This document shows positions 1 to 8,324 of a DNA stretch of 32,000 nt, one piece after another. The position numbers were made by a program, and so were the translations under genes. Under the pieces are notes generated by a model that did not search any database, was not told the origin of the DNA, and saw nothing but the letters and a program-made list of their open reading frames with translations. The stretch's first letter is position 1. Every line of letters starts with the position of its first letter. Source of the DNA: Promethearchaeum syntrophicum (lineage in GTDB: Archaea > Asgardarchaeota > Lokiarchaeia > Sigyniarchaeales > Promethearchaeaceae); the NCBI RefSeq assembly GCF_008000775.2, contig NZ_CP042905.2, forward strand, positions 2,280,001 to 2,312,000, in the 5' to 3' direction.

Positions 1-351
1 TGAGATAGATAAAGGTCTGAGATTGTTAAAGATTCATTCTTGGCACAAGATAAACACTTTAATTCTTAGATTGAAAATTATCTGTAATAAGGGTCGAAAA
101 TCAGTATCACCAGAAATATGAAAGTAGATTTGAAATGACTAATAAAGGAATCAGCCCTTCAATCTTGATCAAGCATTATTATCTTGTACTTTCTAATATT
201 AATGAAGTTCCTAAAGATCCATTCAGTGATGATAATTTAGTATGGAATAATCCCGAATATCTTTTCTTCGAAATAGAGATGATAACTTAAATTATTGATG
301 AAATCACGCAAAAAAGACATTTAAATAAAGAATAATATTGCCATTGTAGAC

Positions 352-579
352 ATGAAAAAAAAACCAAAAAATAAACATCTGGAAAAACAAAAATACGCAT
401 TATCGCTCTTAAAAAACGGGAAATCAGATAGCGAAATCCAAAAAAAAATCAAATCAAAATTTGGGACAGAATTGTCAAATCAAGATTTGCAGCGCGTGAA
501 AACTATCCTCTCTCTCCCACAGAAAGAATCCATATTCCAAGATCTTGAACAACTAAAAAAGAAAAAAGCTCACTATTAA
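352..579 (+). CDS. Small basic HTH-like protein, paralogous to the 1943..2218 product
   Basis: 75-aa ORF. The segment ALSLLKNGKSDSEIQKKIKSKFGTELSNQDLQRV parallels TRKLLQMGLSYRDIQEKLRLQFGSGVSNTTLIKL in the 91-aa ORF. Both follow a helix-turn-helix-like pattern (x-L-L-x-x-G-x-S-x-x-[DE]-I-Q-x-K). Confidence 0.5.
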   Translation: MKKKPKNKHLEKQKYALSLLKNGKSDSEIQKKIKSKFGTELSNQDLQRVKTILSLPQKESIFQDLEQLKKKKAHY

Positions 580-753
580 GGATTGTAGTAAATATTGCAG
601 AATTATTTTTGAACAAAAAATGTATCTTCGGTTATTTTCACTTTTTAATTAGACCATCCTCACTATCTAAAAAGGGATAAAAAGACCTAAATCAGCTTTA
701 AAATTTTGTAAAAAAAGAAGAAGTTAAGAGTTCCAATAACCCCTAATGCTATT

Positions 754-1953
754 TCAAGAGAGATTTTCGAGTTTTTGATTTTTTACGAAAAGAATCTTTT
801 TATAGAAGTTCACGGTTAGCAACATTGCAGTAATTCCAATAATTAAGATGATGAAATCTACCGGTTCATCTGAAATTCTAGAAATTCCGAATCCTTTTAA
901 TGATATATCCACAATTTTTAGAATATCATTAGTGGTGGAGATATAAACTCTATTATTTATAGTTTTCAAATCAAAAATAAGTGATTTTGAATACCATTTT
1001 GAAATTGACGATGGATGAAGGGGATTTTCTATATCGAATATTTCAAAACCATCAGAAAACTTGCAAATTAAGCGATTTTCTCTATTTTCACAGAGTTGAA
1101 TATTTACATTGTTTTCAAAACGAGAATTACTTGTATTTTCTAGAATTGGATTTATCGGATCTGTGATATTTATTATATATAAATTACGAAAACCCGCCGA
1201 ATAACAATAATTATTATTGATTTCTAAATCTCTTACTCCAATTTTCTTAATACTACTCACTTCAACCATATTCTCAGGATTTGTTATATCTAAAATATAG
1301 AAATCAGAATAATTTGAGATACAATATAAATAATTCCCCTTAACAACCATATCTGAAATTATAGAAAAACGCAACGTGTTATTTAGATAATGTGGTTCTT
1401 GATAATTTGAGATATTGTAGCTAAACAAACCATTGGGGCATCCAATGTAAAGAATACGATCTTGAATCTGGAAATCATCAATCCGCTTAAAATCATTGGT
1501 AATTTTACTTAATATCTCGGGGTTTTTTGGATCTGAGATATCATAAATCAGTAAAATGGTTGTCTGGGAAGAATAAAAAAATTCTTCAACGCCCGAGATG
1601 AAAAGATGATCATCAATGATTTTCACTTCCAGAATTTCACTCATATTAATGGGCATCTCTCCAACTAATACCGGTTTTGCCACGTTCTGAATTTCCAGAA
1701 TTTGAATTTTCCCAATTTGTGAGCTTACGTATGCATATTTTCCTGAAATATCAAAGCTAGATCTTTCATCAAAGGGATAAAGTGGGAATTCTGTGCGATT
1801 TAGATGGCTAATTTGAATGGGTTGCCTTAAAAAACTAAACAAAATTAATAGGATGAATAGTATCTTATAGGTTAGTGGTTTTTTTACAATTTTCTTAATA
1901 TTAAAAATTTTTTTGAAATCAAATGTTTTTTCTTTTTTTCCTTCATTTTTCAT
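754..1953 (-). CDS. LVIVD-repeat beta-propeller surface protein with N- and C-terminal TM segments
   Basis: 399-aa ORF with repeated LVIVD-type motifs: LLIYDISDPKNPEIL, FYILDITNPENMVEV, LYIINITDPINPIL, FEIFDIENPLHPSS, LKIVDISL. N-terminal hydrophobic segment ILFILLILFSFL and C-terminal TM FIILIIGITAMLLTV followed by basic residues. Confidence 0.8.
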   Translation of the reverse strand: MKNEGKKEKTFDFKKIFNIKKIVKKPLTYKILFILLILFSFLRQPIQISHLNRTEFPLYPFDERSSFDISGKYAYVSSQIGKIQILEIQNVAKPVLVGEMPINMSEILEVKIIDDHLFISGVEEFFYSSQTTILLIYDISDPKNPEILSKITNDFKRIDDFQIQDRILYIGCPNGLFSYNISNYQEPHYLNNTLRFSIISDMVVKGNYLYCISNYSDFYILDITNPENMVEVSSIKKIGVRDLEINNNYCYSAGFRNLYIINITDPINPILENTSNSRFENNVNIQLCENRENRLICKFSDGFEIFDIENPLHPSSISKWYSKSLIFDLKTINNRVYISTTNDILKIVDISLKGFGISRISDEPVDFIILIIGITAMLLTVNFYKKILFVKNQKLENLS

Positions 1954-2218
1954 TTTTTATCTTCTCCATACGTTTTTTTGTTAAAGCAAGCAATTCAAAG
2001 TATAATTTCTTAAAAAGAGCAAGTTCTTCCCTTAATTGATCATTTTCTTTCCTCAGCTGAGATACCTCATCATTTTTTTTTTGTAATTTTATAAGCGTAG
2101 TATTTGACACACCACTACCGAATTGAAGCCTTAATTTTTCTTGAATATCTCTGTAGGAAAGCCCCATTTGTAGTAGTTTTCTAGTAAGGTCCAATTTTTC
2201 TTTGCTAGATTTCACCAT
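1943..2218 (-). CDS. Small HTH plus leucine-zipper/coiled-coil protein
   Basis: 91-aa ORF with the HTH-like stretch LLQMGLSYRDIQEKLRLQFGSGVSNTTLIKL, then the heptad-like segment QLRKENDQLREELALFKKLYFELLALTKK. It overlaps the LVIVD gene start by 11 nt, so co-transcription is likely. Confidence 0.65.
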   Translation of the reverse strand: MVKSSKEKLDLTRKLLQMGLSYRDIQEKLRLQFGSGVSNTTLIKLQKKNDEVSQLRKENDQLREELALFKKLYFELLALTKKRMEKIKNEK

Positions 2219-2242
2219 ATTTTCACATCGATTATTCCTGAA

Positions 2243-2902
2243 TCATAATTCTTTTTTCAATTTCGATACGATTTCATTATGCTCATCAATTACTTCTAAA
2301 GTATTCTCGTGTTCAAGCAAAATTTTCCGGTTTTTATATTCATTGATCAATTTCCGAATTATCCAATAGAAAATTAGCAAGATTACTCCTAATCCAAAGA
2401 CCGGAGTGATATACCATTCCCATATTTGCATTATATGAAATAAATAACCTTCTCCCGAATTGTAATAATAGAGAGGAAGAGAATACAATTTTCGTGCTAT
2501 CAGCAAAATAATAAAGCTAGAAAAAACGATAATATTCCATTTTTGAAGCGTCATTTTTAATGATTTTGATTTCTTTCGCCAATTAAATATCCACAAAGTA
2601 AGAAATATTAGCGGAAAAATAGTAGTAAATGTAAAACCAAGAAGCGATTTAAAAATGGTCACATTAATGCCTTGTGAATATAGCCCAAATACAAAAACCG
2701 ATATTGAGCTATATCGAAGAATTGAACCCGTGTGAAAATAAGTCTCCACCCACCATAACATCAAAATATGTAACTCAAAAACGAATATCGAAAGGAGAAC
2801 TTTTTCGTTGTTGAGGGCCTGAATTATGCGTTCTTTTTTCATTATGATCTTCCTTTTTTCAGTAAATGAATAGTAATCATTTTGGTATATAAATGTTATC
2901 AA
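2243..2902 (-). CDS. Multi-pass membrane protein, function unknown
   Basis: 219-aa ORF with at least 5 hydrophobic helices (e.g. LLSIFVFELHILMLWW, FTFTTIFPLIFLTLWIF, PVFGLGVILLIFYWII). It ends 24 nt upstream of the HTH gene on the same strand. The true start may be the internal MKKERII. Confidence 0.6.
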   Translation of the reverse strand: MITFIYQNDYYSFTEKRKIIMKKERIIQALNNEKVLLSIFVFELHILMLWWVETYFHTGSILRYSSISVFVFGLYSQGINVTIFKSLLGFTFTTIFPLIFLTLWIFNWRKKSKSLKMTLQKWNIIVFSSFIILLIARKLYSLPLYYYNSGEGYLFHIMQIWEWYITPVFGLGVILLIFYWIIRKLINEYKNRKILLEHENTLEVIDEHNEIVSKLKKEL

Positions 2903-3216
2903 TTATTATCATTTTTATATTTAAAGATATCATTTATAATTTTTATCATGCCCTAAATACGAAAGATTGATTTTAATCATATAATTTTTACTCATTCTTA
3001 TCCAAAATAGGAAAATTTAATTTTAGAAAAGAAGAATTAAAAAAAGTCAATAATCAGAATTATAATCTAAAACTTAATTTCACCGAGCTAGAAACGCCTT
3101 CCGCATGTAGGGTATCTGTAGTATTCTGATGGACTGTGGGTAACCGAGTTTCCTATTAACTCGATATGAAAGGTTTAAGAAAATTTTCCGAAAAACCATG
3201 TCGAGGGTTGATTGAG

Positions 3217-3251
3217 AAACAATATCGAAATGGTATGAGATATTGTTTTTT
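3217..3251 (+). terminator. Hairpin plus T6 (terminator-like) inside a 0.5-kb divergent intergenic region
   Basis: AAACAATATC (3217-3226) is the exact reverse complement of GATATTGTTT (3239-3248), with a 12-nt loop. The T run continues to 3251. The stem is AU-rich, so it is weak. Confidence 0.3.
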
Positions 3252-3429
3252 ATGGCAGGAATTTACCTCGATATTGGAGCAATCGATAATATTGCTGTTA
3301 TATTCTTTGGTCTTAATAATATGAATATCACATTATAAAAAATTCTTCATTTAATTGGAAAGGTCTATGGCAATACTATGGAACAATCCTCCATACTCAT
3401 TTAAATACCATCTTTTGTTCTAGCTATTT

Positions 3430-3819
3430 ATGGATTCCAAAGATTTGCAACATCCCGAGTTAATCCTAAATCAATATCGGATAAAGCTCTTACAAAAATT
3501 AAAATTGACCGCTATCATGATAATATGTCAAGAAATTGTATGGGTAATCTTTATCTTAATCCAGATAATCAATCTACCTCGGAATTTTGAATCGTTTCTG
3601 ACCATTTTCAGCTGGGTGATCTATGGATTAATTATATTTCTCCTGTTATACTATTACATACATCGATGTGTTGATTGCAAATTGGCTTTGAACAATATTT
3701 CATTATTGAAAAAGCAGCCATTATTTCTCTCTATGATAACCGAAACAATTTTTTTACTTTACCGGCGTATGCATAATACTAAGAAGCAAATCAAAGATCT
3801 CCAAATCCGACAAAATTAA
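3430..3819 (+). CDS. Hypothetical membrane protein
   Basis: 129-aa ORF with two clear hydrophobic helices (IVWVIFILIQIINL, FSWVIYGLIIFLLLYYYI). I recognise no family. Confidence 0.45.
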   Translation: MDSKDLQHPELILNQYRIKLLQKLKLTAIMIICQEIVWVIFILIQIINLPRNFESFLTIFSWVIYGLIIFLLLYYYIHRCVDCKLALNNISLLKKQPLFLSMITETIFLLYRRMHNTKKQIKDLQIRQN

Positions 3820-3917
3820 GCATTGTTTATAAGCTTCTTTGAAGAGAAAATTAAGCGAGAAAAAGTGTTGTCGTTTATTTTTATTATGGATTTTTTTCCA
3901 AGATAACAATTCTTTAT

Positions 3918-4250
3918 ATGAATTCATCTTATACAATTACTTATTTAGATATATCTCTCATTACCCTCCTGGGACTGTTGATTGTTACCAACTTAATTAT
4001 TACCAAATACTCAAAATCATGGTTGGAGAGTTATTCGAATTTATCCCATTGGAATGATTTTTTCTCTAATTACGAAATTATTACTAAAAAGAAAGAATTG
4101 AGCCTACTCGAAAGAGATTTCCAAGAATTCGAGAGTGAAAATTCTAAGCAGGGAATAAAATGCCCTATATGCGGGCGCTATCATAATTCGTTCTCAAATT
4201 ATTGTGATAATTGTGGAAATGAATTATTCAATCGGAAGGATGAACAATGA
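3918..4250 (+). CDS. TM-anchored zinc-ribbon protein
   Basis: 110-aa ORF with N-terminal TM LITLLGLLIVTNLII and C-terminal CPICGRYHNSFSNYCDNCGNELF (CxxC-x11-CxxC zinc ribbon). Its stop overlaps the next start (ATGA at 4247-4250). Confidence 0.6.
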   Translation: MNSSYTITYLDISLITLLGLLIVTNLIITKYSKSWLESYSNLSHWNDFFSNYEIITKKKELSLLERDFQEFESENSKQGIKCPICGRYHNSFSNYCDNCGNELFNRKDEQ

Positions 4251-4534
4251 ACCTGATTTTAGAAAAATTTCATCAATCTCCACGTAGGAACAAATACGAA
4301 ATTTGGATCGAGATATTGGATTTATGCACCGCAGATCATATTCATCTTAGTGGTATTATGCGAGAATTAAGATTACAAACGGGAAAATGTAAAGAGTATC
4401 TAAAATTTCTGGTAGAACGAGATTTAATTTACGTAATTGATACTGAACAAGATGGAATCATCTATCAAACCACCCAAAAAGGCAGAGAGTGCCTAAGACA
4501 GTTTTTGGAAGACATAAACAAATTCTTTATGTAA
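4247..4534 (+). CDS. Winged-helix DNA-binding protein (archaeal PF14947/HTH_45-like)
   Basis: 95-aa ORF. RRNKYEIWIEILDLC...LSGIMRELRLQTGKCKEYLKFLVERDLIYVI...DGIIYQTTQKGRECL matches the small archaeal wHTH pattern (R-x-K-x-E-I...I...a.l....kkYL..L.e..LI......Y.lT.KG). Translationally coupled to 3918..4250. Confidence 0.75.
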   Translation: MNLILEKFHQSPRRNKYEIWIEILDLCTADHIHLSGIMRELRLQTGKCKEYLKFLVERDLIYVIDTEQDGIIYQTTQKGRECLRQFLEDINKFFM

Positions 4535-4538
4535 TCTC

Positions 4539-4557
4539 TTTTTTTTTTGTTTTCTTT
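4539..4557 (+). terminator. Oligo-T tract after the wHTH gene (archaeal-type terminator candidate)
   Basis: A T10 run followed by GTTTTCTTT begins 5 nt after the stop at 4532-4534. Confidence 0.35.
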
Positions 4558-4667
4558 AAAATCTCCGACAAAGGTTTTTAGGTAGATAAAAAGGTACAAA
4601 TTTAATTAAAAAACGCTCTTCTAATATCTGATTTCAAATCTCATTTAATTGGGAGGTAAATATTATT

Positions 4668-7019
4668 ATGAAAATTCGAACCCAAGTTTTTATTTTTATT
4701 TTATGTATTTCGCTAATTTCGATAGGAGTATACACGGGAATTATTTTATTATTTAATAATAACCTTGAACACGAGTTGAGAACATCAATTACTGAGGAAC
4801 GTGTTCAAGAAATAGAAAATGAAACCTTAAAGTTAATCGAGATAACAGAAGAGCGAATTTCAGATGAACTTACCAATGATTTTTATGTTTTAAAAACTTT
4901 AGCACTCTCTCTGGCTAAACCCTTATCTGAAGGGGATCTAGATTCAGTAACCTGGATTTATACATCATTAAATACCATGAATCCTACATTCAGTGGAATT
5001 TGGGTTGCGAATAGTAGTGATATTATTGTAGCAGGTTCTCCCCACCCTTATTTTCCAATAGGAAAAAACATTTCAAATGACATAGTTCATCAATCGATTT
5101 TAGAACTACTTGAAGATGGATATAATAAATCAACTTTTCCCCTAATTACATTCAACCCCTGGTTTGTTGGAGGGTCCGATATTGAAGAATATGGTATGGG
5201 TTACAATTATCCCATTTTTTATAATAATTCTTATGTAGGGATGCTCATGATGACTCGATCTTGGGATCAATTTCAGACTTTAATCCAAGGATTACAAATT
5301 GGCGATTCTGGAAATACGTTTCTAATTAACCTTAATGGCGATTTAATTGCGGGTAATTATGAAAATTTATCTCAACCTTATTCATTTAATTTTTTCCAAC
5401 AATATCCTGAATATAATTCTTCCCAAAACATCCTAAATCAAACGGTAGGAATAAGCTCTTTAAACATTGGGGAAGATATTGAATTTGTGATTTGTTTTAA
5501 AATGATTTCTATGATAAACAATCCATTTCCTGATTTTATAAGCCCTATGATTGCTCAAAAATGGATGGTAATTACCCTCTTTTCTATTGAAGAATTTTTT
5601 TCCCCCTTAGAAACAAATATAGCTATATTAAATGAAGGTTTTGTTCAAATGTTTCAATATATCTTTTTTAGCTTTTTGATCTTAATTATATTTATTCTAA
5701 CTAGTGCATATTACTCATCGAAGAGTATAGAAAACCCATTAATTCAGCTCATTCGTGCAACTAAAAAAATTAGACAGGGTGATTTAGATTGCACCTTTGA
5801 ATTAGCAAAAAATGATGAAATCAGGGAACTTACCCATTCTTTTTCTGAAATGGTTCTAAATTTAAAAAATACTCAAGAAAAACTACTAATTGCGCGAAAA
5901 ATGGAAGCTATTGGCAGACTGGCCGGTGGTGTTGCTCATGATTTTAACAATCTGTTGACTATAATTAATGGTTTAAGTCTATTGATGATTGACAATATTC
6001 CTGATGATAAACAAGAAATTAACTCTAATCTTCAAGAGATTCTAGATGCGGGTAATCGCGCAGCGGATCTCACCAAACAATTATTATCTTTTAGTAGAAA
6101 GCAGATCATTAAACCAAAAGTTCTGAACTTGAATACTCTCATTCAAAACATGTCACAAATGCTCCAACGACTAATTAGTGAAGATATTTTATTGGATGTT
6201 ATATATTTTGATAAATTGGAACCGATTTTTGTTGATCCAAATCAAATAGAACAGGTTATATTAAACTTATGCATAAATGCTCGAGATGCAATGCCACAAG
6301 GTGGAAATTTAACCATTGAGACTTGTAATTTCGATATATCTGAAGAAATTCTCGGTCTGAATTTAGAACCGGGAAAATATGTCAAGCTTTCAATCACTGA
6401 TACGGGATGTGGGATGACAGAAGAGCAAGTTCCGCAATTATTTGAACCTTTTTATACAACTAAACCACTTGGAAGAGGGACTGGTTTGGGATTATCGACA
6501 GTTTATGGAAATTTAAAACAAAATAACTGTGAAATTTCAGTTTATAGTCAAGTGGGAATAGGAACAACATTTTCTATCTATTTTCCTCAAACCAAACAAT
6601 CCAAAAAAGATTTAGTGTGCTCAAAACCCAACACGGCCGAAAATCTGCAAGGAAATGAAACTATCCTAGTTGTTGAGGATGATATTTCAATTCGTTCTTT
6701 TATATTGAAAGTGTTAAGCTCCATGGGTTATCACGTGTTAGAAGCAGAAAATCCAATAAAAGCTTTAGAAATCTCCCGATCTTATGAAAAGAGTATCAAT
6801 TTAATCATTACGGATATAATCATGCCGAATATGTCCGGAATTAAATTTAAAGCTATTTTATCAGAAGAACGTCCCGAGATACCTTTTATATTTATTTCTG
6901 GATATCCCAAAGCAAAAATTAATCAGAGTTTACTACAAGATGAATCTGAATTTCTTCCAAAACCTTTTTCTGCATCTGATCTTTGTATGACGATTCGAAA
7001 AATCTTAGGAGATTCTTAA
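4668..7019 (+). CDS. Hybrid sensor histidine kinase: TM, extracytoplasmic sensor, TM, HAMP, HisKA, HATPase_c, receiver
   Basis: 783-aa ORF. TM1 FIFILCISLISIGVYTGIILLF, ~300-aa extracytoplasmic (Cache-like?) region, TM2 IFFSFLILIIFILTSAYY, HAMP (IRQGDLD...EIRELTHSFSEM). H-box GGVAHDFNNLLT, N-box LNLCINARDAM, G1 DTGCGM, G2 GTGLGLS. Receiver: ILVVEDD, ITDIIMPNMSG, KPF. GGAGG lies 10 nt upstream of the ATG. Confidence 0.92.
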   Translation: MKIRTQVFIFILCISLISIGVYTGIILLFNNNLEHELRTSITEERVQEIENETLKLIEITEERISDELTNDFYVLKTLALSLAKPLSEGDLDSVTWIYTSLNTMNPTFSGIWVANSSDIIVAGSPHPYFPIGKNISNDIVHQSILELLEDGYNKSTFPLITFNPWFVGGSDIEEYGMGYNYPIFYNNSYVGMLMMTRSWDQFQTLIQGLQIGDSGNTFLINLNGDLIAGNYENLSQPYSFNFFQQYPEYNSSQNILNQTVGISSLNIGEDIEFVICFKMISMINNPFPDFISPMIAQKWMVITLFSIEEFFSPLETNIAILNEGFVQMFQYIFFSFLILIIFILTSAYYSSKSIENPLIQLIRATKKIRQGDLDCTFELAKNDEIRELTHSFSEMVLNLKNTQEKLLIARKMEAIGRLAGGVAHDFNNLLTIINGLSLLMIDNIPDDKQEINSNLQEILDAGNRAADLTKQLLSFSRKQIIKPKVLNLNTLIQNMSQMLQRLISEDILLDVIYFDKLEPIFVDPNQIEQVILNLCINARDAMPQGGNLTIETCNFDISEEILGLNLEPGKYVKLSITDTGCGMTEEQVPQLFEPFYTTKPLGRGTGLGLSTVYGNLKQNNCEISVYSQVGIGTTFSIYFPQTKQSKKDLVCSKPNTAENLQGNETILVVEDDISIRSFILKVLSSMGYHVLEAENPIKALEISRSYEKSINLIITDIIMPNMSGIKFKAILSEERPEIPFIFISGYPKAKINQSLLQDESEFLPKPFSASDLCMTIRKILGDS

Positions 7020-7163
7020 GATAAATAGTAGAATTCACTTAAAAGTAAAATTAGAAGATCATGCAAAAAAAAAAGAGGAATTACAAAGTAGTAGCTAATA
7101 GCATTCACTTTTACCGAGCTTTACCCATTCGCTATCTGAACACTGCACAATAACAGCAATAAC

Positions 7164-7223
7164 CTAAGTCTTACCCAGACCCCTATCACCCATGATCACA
7201 AATCTCTTCAAAAACCGGCTCAT
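7164..7223 (-). pseudogene. Remnant of a small-GTPase-like P-loop gene (19 codons ending in a stop right after the G1 motif)
   Basis: Minus-strand translation gives MSRFLKRFVIMGDRGLGKT*. A beta-strand followed by GDxGxGKT is the Ras/Rab-type G1 pattern. I found no G2/G3 motifs downstream in any frame. Confidence 0.3.
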
Positions 7224-7331
7224 AATCTTTTCTGAGCGGGTGTGTGATATAGAATCGATGGAAATTAAATACTTTCATAGATATTGGTCTTAGTTCCCTT
7301 TTACCTAGTTGATGATCTCAAATATCCGAAA

Positions 7332-7664
7332 TTAATTGTCGATGCGCAATAACGTAAAAGACACCGGGCGTATTCCATCGGTACAACATGAAATCATTTT
7401 CGGTTTTTCTACCCACGGTTCATGATCTCCCCCGAGCGCTAACACTCTCACATCGGAAAAGATGTCTTTCCAAGCATAATTGCAGAAACCCTCAGGACAC
7501 CGCATATTTTTTTCCACCATATACTCATCACCCTCTTTGAACGCCGTGCACACCGTATACTTCTCCCCATTTGGTGCAGTTGGAACATTTCCATCGAATA
7601 TATACTCGGGCGTCACTCGTTTTAAAACGGTTATTTTCACTTTTGACCTAGCCATATTTTTCAC
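7332..7664 (-). CDS. TIGR04076-family protein
   Basis: KVKITVLKRV...CTAFKEGDEY...RCPEGFCNYAWKDIFSDVRVLALGG...ISCCTDGIRPVSFTLLRI matches the conserved pattern I recall for TIGR04076 (KVKITV..., CP.f.eGdef, mPeGFC.WAW.di, CCTDGiRPV.F.leRi). The track start at 7664 is GTG. The ATG at 7655 (MARSKVKITV) is the more likely start. The gene is visibly GC-richer than its flanks. Confidence 0.85.
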   Translation of the reverse strand: MKNMARSKVKITVLKRVTPEYIFDGNVPTAPNGEKYTVCTAFKEGDEYMVEKNMRCPEGFCNYAWKDIFSDVRVLALGGDHEPWVEKPKMISCCTDGIRPVSFTLLRIDN

Positions 7665-7680
7665 TTTTCTTAGTTTTGTT

Positions 7681-7800
7681 AAAAAAAATCTTTTTCCCTC
7701 CCTTCATTGAATCATCATATTCTCTTGAAGGATGGGTGAGATCCTTAGAAATTCGTGAATCAATTGTGCGTGCATTTGTCGTGATCTCATAGGTAGGATA
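7681..7800 (-). ncRNA. Candidate structured RNA, copy 1 (three-helix element plus U8), directly 5' of the TIGR04076 gene
   Basis: Near-identical to 11614-11730. Minus-strand helices: CCUACC/GGGAGG (one mismatch), UGAGAUC/GAUCUCA, CCUUCA/UGAAGG, then U8 (A8 at 7681-7688 on the plus strand). A conserved AT-rich promoter-like stretch lies upstream at 7811-7851. Confidence 0.45.
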
Positions 7801-8262
7801 GAAACAGAAGGATTAAAAAGATTTATGATTTGTTAAAAACCCAATTCAAAGAAAATTATTGTAAATCTATTTGGTTCATTATAAATAAAATATATAGCCA
7901 CTGTTATCTTGCTAAATTGAAGAGATCGAAAATTGTCTGATTATTTTTTCATTATATTTTAGTGAAATCTTAATAATGGTAAGAAATATTGAATGGATAT
8001 CATCATTGTTACTATATCACAGTGAAAAAATGGCATTTCCGTGTGATAAATCATCCGTCACTAAAATTAGATGAATTTTTCTTTTTAATACTCATCAAAA
8101 GAACCACAATTCTACTAACAACTAGACCATGCCATCAGATTATCCAGATAATCTGCTTCTATATCAACATCTCATAAACCATAACCAAATCAGGGGGTTT
8201 ACTCGCCGGATGTAAGCTCTATCCTTAAATCAGTTGGTCATTGTCAATTTATAATCAGAAAG

Positions 8263-8288
8263 AAAAAAAATGACCGAGATCTCGGTCA
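8263..8288 (-). terminator. Perfect 18-nt palindromic hairpin plus U8 downstream of the peptidase gene
   Basis: TGACCGAGATCTCGGTCA (8271-8288) is self-complementary. On the minus strand it is followed by T8 (A8 at 8263-8270). It lies ~37 nt after the stop at 8325-8327. Confidence 0.55.
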
Positions 8289-8324
8289 GGGGTCATCTGC
8301 ACCTATGTTCAGATAATCGTATTG

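Noticed and set aside
136-291. 51-codon plus-strand ORF (MTNKGISPSILIKHYY...) near the window start, and a 39-codon open frame entering from the left edge (ends ~120)
   Set aside because: Both are too short and featureless to support. The edge fragment cannot be evaluated without upstream sequence.
981-1166. 61-aa plus-strand ORF inside the LVIVD gene. The same reasoning covers 11170..11352, 13197..13472, 14558..14746, 15579..15791, 16410..16613, 18049..18300, 19316..19501, 19524..19763, 21949..22155, 22367..22549, 22912..23133, 23226..23465, 23281..23511, 26746..27054 and 28803..29012.
   Set aside because: All lie antisense to, or out of frame within, much longer ORFs that have clear domain signatures. 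Their products are low-complexity or hydrophobic artefacts of AT-rich or repeat sequence (e.g. the V/I/A-rich mirror of the polyQ tract). I see no independent evidence for coding.
1943-2218. HTH plus leucine-zipper protein as the OrfA of an IS3-family insertion sequence
   Set aside because: There is no OrfB or DDE transposase, no frameshift signal, and no terminal inverted repeats that I can see. The downstream overlapping gene is a surface beta-propeller.
3754-4057. ORFs 3754..3936 (minus strand) and 3839..4057 (plus strand)
   Set aside because: They overlap each other and the better-supported 3430..3819 and 3918..4250 genes. They show no motifs and appear to be chance ORFs.
7164-7223. Treating the 19-codon GTPase-like ORF as a functional micro-gene
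   Set aside because: It stops immediately after the P-loop and no G2-G5 motifs follow in any frame. At best it is a remnant, and an 11-residue chance match cannot be excluded without a search.
7681-7800. Possibility that the structured element is a tRNA or a C/D-box sRNA
   Set aside because: No cloverleaf or T-loop (GTTCRANNC) consensus could be fitted. An AUGAUGA (C-box-like) sequence is present, but the only CUGA lies 5' of it and is not conserved between the copies (UUGA in copy 1). The canonical C...D' / C'...D order is absent.
7989-8177. 62-aa plus-strand ORF in the 7.86-8.32 kb spacer
   Set aside because: It has no motif, an odd composition (His/Ile/Cys-rich) and an isolated position. 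I could not support it as coding, so the spacer is left unannotated apart from the terminator hairpin.
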